A DNA stretch of 31,802 nucleotides from a virus (lineage: Duplodnaviria > Caudoviricetes): IMG/VR virus record IMGVR_UViG_3300023179_006609, positions 1 to 31,802 of that record. The stretch is one strand, 5' to 3'. The translations under genes were made by a program, and so were the position numbers. Shown piece after piece: positions 26,697 through 31,802 of this stretch. The first letter of the stretch is position 1. Each line of letters opens with the position of its first letter. The notes under the pieces are model-generated. The model was not told where the DNA came from. It did not search any database and saw nothing but the letters and a program-made list of their open reading frames with translations.

Positions 26697-28286
26697 ATGT
26701 ATCGTATTCTTAAAGCTGACAAAGATAGCTACGTTACCAACAAAATAATTAATAGCACACGCCCAACTACTTCAGCTTCTACGGATGCAAACGTAGGCCA
26801 AGCTGGTACCATTGATTTGTTCAAGCTATACAACGCTACCACCGTGCCAAGCGGTACTTCTGGTGTAGAACTATCTCGTGGCCTTATTCATTTTGATTTA
26901 AATGAACTTCGTGCTCTTACTGGTTCTATTCTTAACATCAATGATTCAAGCTTTAAATGCTATGTGTCGATAAAAAATGTGTATGGTGGGCAAACTGTTC
27001 CATCAAATTATACGCTTATTCTATATCCGCTAGCAAAAGATTGGGAAGAAGGTCGTGGTAACGACGTTATTGGTTATCGTGACTTAGATGCTGTCAACTG
27101 GTTTACTGCTTCAATTAATCCAACAGTTGTAACATGGACAAGTGGTGGAATAGGTTATGGATCAGATGTAACAGATGTTAATGCAGACTATTATCTTTCT
27201 TCTTCTCTTATTGGTAATGTTCCACTAGGCTTCTCTCAAAGCTTTGCCAGAGGTGATGAAGACTTGCTAATCGATGTAACTACAGCAGTTTCTGCTACAC
27301 TTAATGGTGACATACCTGATTATGGATTTAGATTAAGTTTTTCTGGGTCACAAGAAACTGATACAGTTACAAGATTTGTTAAACGTTTTTCTTCAAGACA
27401 AAGTAGAAACACTAATATTCATCCAGCACTTGTTGTAAAATACAACGATAGCTTTTTCGACAATCAAGCAAGTTCGTTTTTTGATTACAACAACAAAATA
27501 GGCTACTATTATTCGCCATTTGGTGTTGAATCAAACTTTATGTCTGGCAGCACTGAAGTATCTGGTTCTGGTAGCATTATTCTAGAACTAATTGCCAGCA
27601 AAAGCGTATATGTTACCGCAACAACATATAGTTTCAGTCATTCAATGTCGATAAACTATACGTCAGCAAGTTGGAATTATTTTTCTCAAAGCTTTACAGG
27701 TTCTCAAATAAGTTTTGGTGGAATATTTCAAACAGGAAGTTATTATGCTGATGTGTTTATTCCCTTGAATACAACAGGATTATCTGGGGTTCTTAAATCA
27801 GACAAAAGCGTTGAGTTCGAAAGTGTTTGGAAGTCGCCGGATAATACCGTTATATTCGCTACAGGGTCATCTATAACCTTCAATCAGCTTCGTGGACGTA
27901 ACACCATAGTCAACACTCAAAACTACGGTATTAACATCACCAACCTAGAAGAAAACTACCCAAACAATCAATCAACAACCTTGCAAGTTTTTGTGTACGA
28001 TTTTGATCCAACTCTTAAAAGTTTTTATTTGCCTTATAAGGCTCAACCAAAAGTGTTTCCAAAGATGTATTGGAGATTGATTGATCCATTTACAAAAGAA
28101 GTGTTGATTCCTTTTGATGACGTTGGAACAAAGCTTTCAGCGGACGGTGGTGGTATGTATTTTACTTTGTATATGCAAGACTTACCAATCAACAAACCTT
28201 TGGAAATTCAATTTTTGATCAAAGAAAACAACGAAACATATTTGATTGAAAATCAAGGGTTTAAGTTTAAGGTTATCGCATCATGA
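26697..28286 (+). CDS. Virion structural protein (baseplate/tail-associated, DNRLRE-like beta domain)
   Basis: ADKDSYV, SRGLIHFDL, WEEGRG, IDVT..V, YGFRL, P.LVVKY layout; Ser/Thr/Gly-rich; within the baseplate operon. Confidence 0.65.
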   Translation: MYRILKADKDSYVTNKIINSTRPTTSASTDANVGQAGTIDLFKLYNATTVPSGTSGVELSRGLIHFDLNELRALTGSILNINDSSFKCYVSIKNVYGGQTVPSNYTLILYPLAKDWEEGRGNDVIGYRDLDAVNWFTASINPTVVTWTSGGIGYGSDVTDVNADYYLSSSLIGNVPLGFSQSFARGDEDLLIDVTTAVSATLNGDIPDYGFRLSFSGSQETDTVTRFVKRFSSRQSRNTNIHPALVVKYNDSFFDNQASSFFDYNNKIGYYYSPFGVESNFMSGSTEVSGSGSIILELIASKSVYVTATTYSFSHSMSINYTSASWNYFSQSFTGSQISFGGIFQTGSYYADVFIPLNTTGLSGVLKSDKSVEFESVWKSPDNTVIFATGSSITFNQLRGRNTIVNTQNYGINITNLEENYPNNQSTTLQVFVYDFDPTLKSFYLPYKAQPKVFPKMYWRLIDPFTKEVLIPFDDVGTKLSADGGGMYFTLYMQDLPINKPLEIQFLIKENNETYLIENQGFKFKVIAS

Positions 28287-31200
28287 CAACATTACCAACA
28301 TCAATTCAAAGATTGGTTGCTTTACGTCCCGGTGTTTTCAGTCCATCATTGGTTCGTGGAGTTATTGATCCAGATGGAGGATTGTCAACCTTTTCTTCAG
28401 AAAACGGAGCGTTCTTAACTCAAGCACCTGTTGGAGAAACAGGATCGTTTCGTTATGATCCAATAGGTTCTGGTATTAAATCAACTCAACAACTAAATGT
28501 TGATTGGAGTTTGTTTGAAAACCATGTGTTTTTCAACAGTGCTCAAGTAAAAGTTAACGCAGCTTTTAACAAAATCTTTGATCGTTATCCTTTTGACGGA
28601 ACTCAAAAAGAAACCGAACTTTTCTACGATCAAATGACAGGTTATGAAAACTATGTGTTTACAAATCTTCCAAAGCACAAAGGTTATCTTTTCTTTTCTG
28701 GCAGTAACATTGGCGATACACCAGTAAGAGGTACGTGGATTACCGTAAAAGATAGCGCAGGCACATCGTTTCCTTTTCTTACAAAGAATCCAAACGGTGC
28801 TAGCAGGCTTGATCCAACATCGGGTTCAGTCTCGTTTCAGTTTCAAATCTATGCTGCATCAGGTTCCAACTCAAACCAAATGGTTTTCCAAAAACTCGAA
28901 ACTTTAAGCGCAACCGAACAACATGGTTTTGGTTGCTTTCTTTCGAGTTCTACGGCCCCTACAGCGAGCTTAACATTCTTTGTTGCCTCTGGGTCAACAA
29001 ACGTTATGTCTGCCACTGTTGAGCTTGTTAAAGAGTCTTGGACGCCTATTACATTTACTTGGAACAGAACAAGTGGTATCAATCAATTGTTTGGTTATGT
29101 AAGTGGTTCATTGGTTGCAACAAGCAGTCAAGTTACAATTCGTAACTTGAATTTTCCAACAGCCAGTTTGCTTATTGGGACAGGAAGTAACATTCTTGCA
29201 CCATTGTTTACACCAGCAACAACATTCTCTGGAGCTATAGACGAGTTTCGTTATTTCAAGCGTGTTGTTTCTACCGATGAAATGATATCGTATCAAAGCA
29301 GCAGCATATATGCTGAACCAGAACTTGCTTTGTACTTTAAGTTTAATGAGCCAAGTGGATCAACTACAAACCTTGTTTTAGATTCTTCTGGTAAAGGTAT
29401 GCATGGCACATTAAATGGCTATGCGTTAAACATCTTAAAAGTAAGAGATATCAACACAGGTTCTTATATGGGCGAAAGCCCAATGATTTATGAAGACATA
29501 AGAAAATGTCCGATATTGTTTCCAGATCAACCAGAAGTTGTAACATATCGTGAGAACCTTATTTCTGATGGAGCTTCATACGATTCTTACAACCCAAACA
29601 TCATAACAAAGCTTGTACCAAAGCAATATTTCACATATGGACAAGAACAAGCTGCGTTGGAAACCGAAGAAGGTGAAATCAATGAGTTGCAATATGGTTC
29701 TGAACCAAACACAGCAGCTCTTGGCAGCACACAAACTTTGTTAAGTTTGCTTTATCTTTGGGCAGGATTCTTTGACGAAATCAAATTGTTTCTTGATGCG
29801 TTTTCAACATTAAGACACGTTGATTATGACCAAAATGACACAGCCCCAGATGCGTTTTTAAAACAACTTGCTGATTTTTACGGCTTGGATCTTCCACCTT
29901 TGTTTATTGGTTCAGATGTTAATCAGTTCATTAACGGAACCAACGTTACACCAACCATTGTTAACAGCGAATATACCCTTCAATATCTACAAAATCAAAT
30001 CTGGCGTAGGATATTGATTAATGCCAACGACATTCTTAAAAGCAAAGGTACAATACACAGCATCAAAGCTTTTTTAAGAGCGGTTGGTATTGATGGAGAC
30101 AACATTTTTAGATTCAAAGAATATGGTGGACCAACACAACGTACACTTGATTCTTTGCGTGAGTCAAGAAATGAAATCGGAACAACGTTAAACTTTAAAG
30201 CTGGTGGTTATGTAAAAACACCATATCTTTCTGGAAGCAGAGTTGAACCGGGATATCCAACACCTGTTGGATCATTTGTTGTCGATCCTAATACTGGACA
30301 TAACATAGGAACAACAAACGTTAACGACGGTTTGTTTACAAGTGGTTCATGGACATACGAAGGTATTTACAACTATTCTGGTACACCTAGTACCAGTTCT
30401 GTTCAAAGCCTTGTACGCATTATGTCTACAGGTTCTAGCAACGTAGAAAATGTGTTAGCTAACTTGTATGCAACAACTGGGTCAGGTGTTACGTTGTACG
30501 TCAACCCAAACTCAACTGTTGGAGCAACTGCTTTAACAATGAGCATAACAACACCCGACATTATGAACGGTCAAGCTTGGAACATAAGCTTTGGTAGAGT
30601 TCGTGGTGATTCTATTAACCAAGTATCTTCGTCTTACTTTTTGCGTGTTGGTAGAAACAACCTTGGAAGTATTGTAGAAGAGTACACAACAAGTTCTTAT
30701 TACGATGATAACTTTGGGTCTAACTCTGCTAACAATATGTGGCAAGTTATCAATGGAACATATAATGGTTCTGGTTCTTTTCTAGCGTTTGGTAGCGGTA
30801 GCACAACAATTGCCACAACCAATCGATTTGTTAACGAACATCCGTTACAAACGTTTGATGGTAAGATAACGCAAATGCGTTGGTGGAGCGAAGGATTAAC
30901 TCTTGAAGAATGGAGAGAACACGTAAGAGACTATAAGAGCCTTGGTGTACAAGATCCGTTGGTTAACTTCAACTTTGAAAACTTTAGAAGCGGATCATTC
31001 CAAAAACTTCGTGGTGATTGGAACACAGATCAAATTGAGTTGATGACAGACTCAACAGGTTCAATTCAAATCTTTGACTTTTCTCAGCATTATCTACATG
31101 CTAGCGGTACTGGATTCCCTGTAACGTCTTCTGTTATCATCCCAGAACGATTTTACTATTCGTTTATTTCTCCAAACTTTGATGAAGCTGTAACAGATCA

Positions 31201-31738
31201 AAAGGTTCGTGTAAGAAGCTATCAAAGCTTGGATTATGTCGATCAAGACGTTGGTTCGTATTCTCAAGCAGCTCCTATATACGAGATTCAACAAGAACAA
31301 ATACCCGAAGACAATGCTAAGTTCAGCATTGATTTTTCTATCGTTGACTCACTAAACCAAGACATGATTGGAATGTTTTCTTCGTTGGATATATTCAACA
31401 ACATTCTTGGAGCCCCAGATATGATGTTTTCTCCAGATTACCCAGATCTAGAATCATTGCGAGACATATACTTTAACCGACTAACAACTCAGTTAAACAT
31501 TCGTGGCTTCTTTGAGTTTTATCAATGGTTTAATACCAACATGGGTAAGTTTATTGAACAACTACTGCCAAGAAAAACAAAGTTTAAAGGCATCAACTAT
31601 GTGATTCAATCTCACATGCTTGAACGTCCAAAACTTGAATACCACTGGGAAGATATCTACCTTGGAGAAAACAACAGAAATCGTCAAAAAGAAGTGATTT
31701 TGTTGCAACTATTCACTGGTATACTTAAGAAATACTAA
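28283..31738 (+). CDS. Large baseplate wedge-like protein with two LamG/ConA-like domains
   Basis: LamG-like FSGAIDEFRYF and FDGKITQMRWW; wedge motif IWRRILIN..DILKSKGTIHSIKAFL (gpI/gp7-like); C-terminal SHMLERPK. Confidence 0.7.
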   Translation: MTTLPTSIQRLVALRPGVFSPSLVRGVIDPDGGLSTFSSENGAFLTQAPVGETGSFRYDPIGSGIKSTQQLNVDWSLFENHVFFNSAQVKVNAAFNKIFDRYPFDGTQKETELFYDQMTGYENYVFTNLPKHKGYLFFSGSNIGDTPVRGTWITVKDSAGTSFPFLTKNPNGASRLDPTSGSVSFQFQIYAASGSNSNQMVFQKLETLSATEQHGFGCFLSSSTAPTASLTFFVASGSTNVMSATVELVKESWTPITFTWNRTSGINQLFGYVSGSLVATSSQVTIRNLNFPTASLLIGTGSNILAPLFTPATTFSGAIDEFRYFKRVVSTDEMISYQSSSIYAEPELALYFKFNEPSGSTTNLVLDSSGKGMHGTLNGYALNILKVRDINTGSYMGESPMIYEDIRKCPILFPDQPEVVTYRENLISDGASYDSYNPNIITKLVPKQYFTYGQEQAALETEEGEINELQYGSEPNTAALGSTQTLLSLLYLWAGFFDEIKLFLDAFSTLRHVDYDQNDTAPDAFLKQLADFYGLDLPPLFIGSDVNQFINGTNVTPTIVNSEYTLQYLQNQIWRRILINANDILKSKGTIHSIKAFLRAVGIDGDNIFRFKEYGGPTQRTLDSLRESRNEIGTTLNFKAGGYVKTPYLSGSRVEPGYPTPVGSFVVDPNTGHNIGTTNVNDGLFTSGSWTYEGIYNYSGTPSTSSVQSLVRIMSTGSSNVENVLANLYATTGSGVTLYVNPNSTVGATALTMSITTPDIMNGQAWNISFGRVRGDSINQVSSSYFLRVGRNNLGSIVEEYTTSSYYDDNFGSNSANNMWQVINGTYNGSGSFLAFGSGSTTIATTNRFVNEHPLQTFDGKITQMRWWSEGLTLEEWREHVRDYKSLGVQDPLVNFNFENFRSGSFQKLRGDWNTDQIELMTDSTGSIQIFDFSQHYLHASGTGFPVTSSVIIPERFYYSFISPNFDEAVTDQKVRVRSYQSLDYVDQDVGSYSQAAPIYEIQQEQIPEDNAKFSIDFSIVDSLNQDMIGMFSSLDIFNNILGAPDMMFSPDYPDLESLRDIYFNRLTTQLNIRGFFEFYQWFNTNMGKFIEQLLPRKTKFKGINYVIQSHMLERPKLEYHWEDIYLGENNRNRQKEVILLQLFTGILKKY

Positions 31739-31750
31739 GGAAAACCAAAC

Positions 31751-31802
31751 ATGCCATACTGGGTTACTGATACATCTTTTAAACCGTTTGTTGATATAGC
31801 AG
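31751..31802 (+). CDS. Start of the next gene (3'-truncated)
   Basis: AAGGA RBS, then ATG and MPYWVTDTSFKPFVDIA, open to the window end. Confidence 0.55.
   Translation, partial: MPYWVTDTSFKPFVDIA

Noticed and set aside
20570-31738. T6SS, eCIS or tailocin locus
   Set aside because: No Tss membrane complex, ATPase or effector genes; the homing endonuclease, sigma-like factor and DNA methylase point to a phage.
1-31802. Stop-codon reassignment, as seen in some large phages
   Set aside because: TAA, TAG and TGA all end full-length genes and coding density is high under the standard code.

Overview
About 32 kb of a large (probably jumbo-type) contractile-tailed phage genome, densely coding, almost all on the + strand, standard genetic code. 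Left to right: the 3' end of a C5 DNA methyltransferase (not in the ORF track), a GT-B glycosyltransferase, an HExxH peptidase on the - strand, an IMPDH/GMP-reductase family enzyme, small accessory genes and a solo Cas4/AddB-like nuclease. Next is a ~15 kb tightly coupled glycan cassette (4299-19103): epimerase, multidomain GT2, cupins, NTP-transferase-kinase fusion, GatZ/KbaZ-like enzyme, HAD phosphatase, two methyltransferases, GT10-like transferase, perosamine-synthase-like aminotransferase, Gmd and two GT4s, with no flippase, polymerase or exporter. Then come a phage sigma-like factor and a baseplate module (gp5-like spike, gp25-like, gp6-like and two large virion proteins), interrupted by a free-standing GIY-YIG endonuclease whose RBS lies in a long hairpin. 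The best candidate for a new system is phage-encoded virion O-glycosylation: the soluble sugar pathway sits beside virion proteins whose beta-rich domains carry about 25 [S/T]-G-S tripeptides that could be glycosylation sequons. All calls come from motif recognition by eye; no database searches were run.
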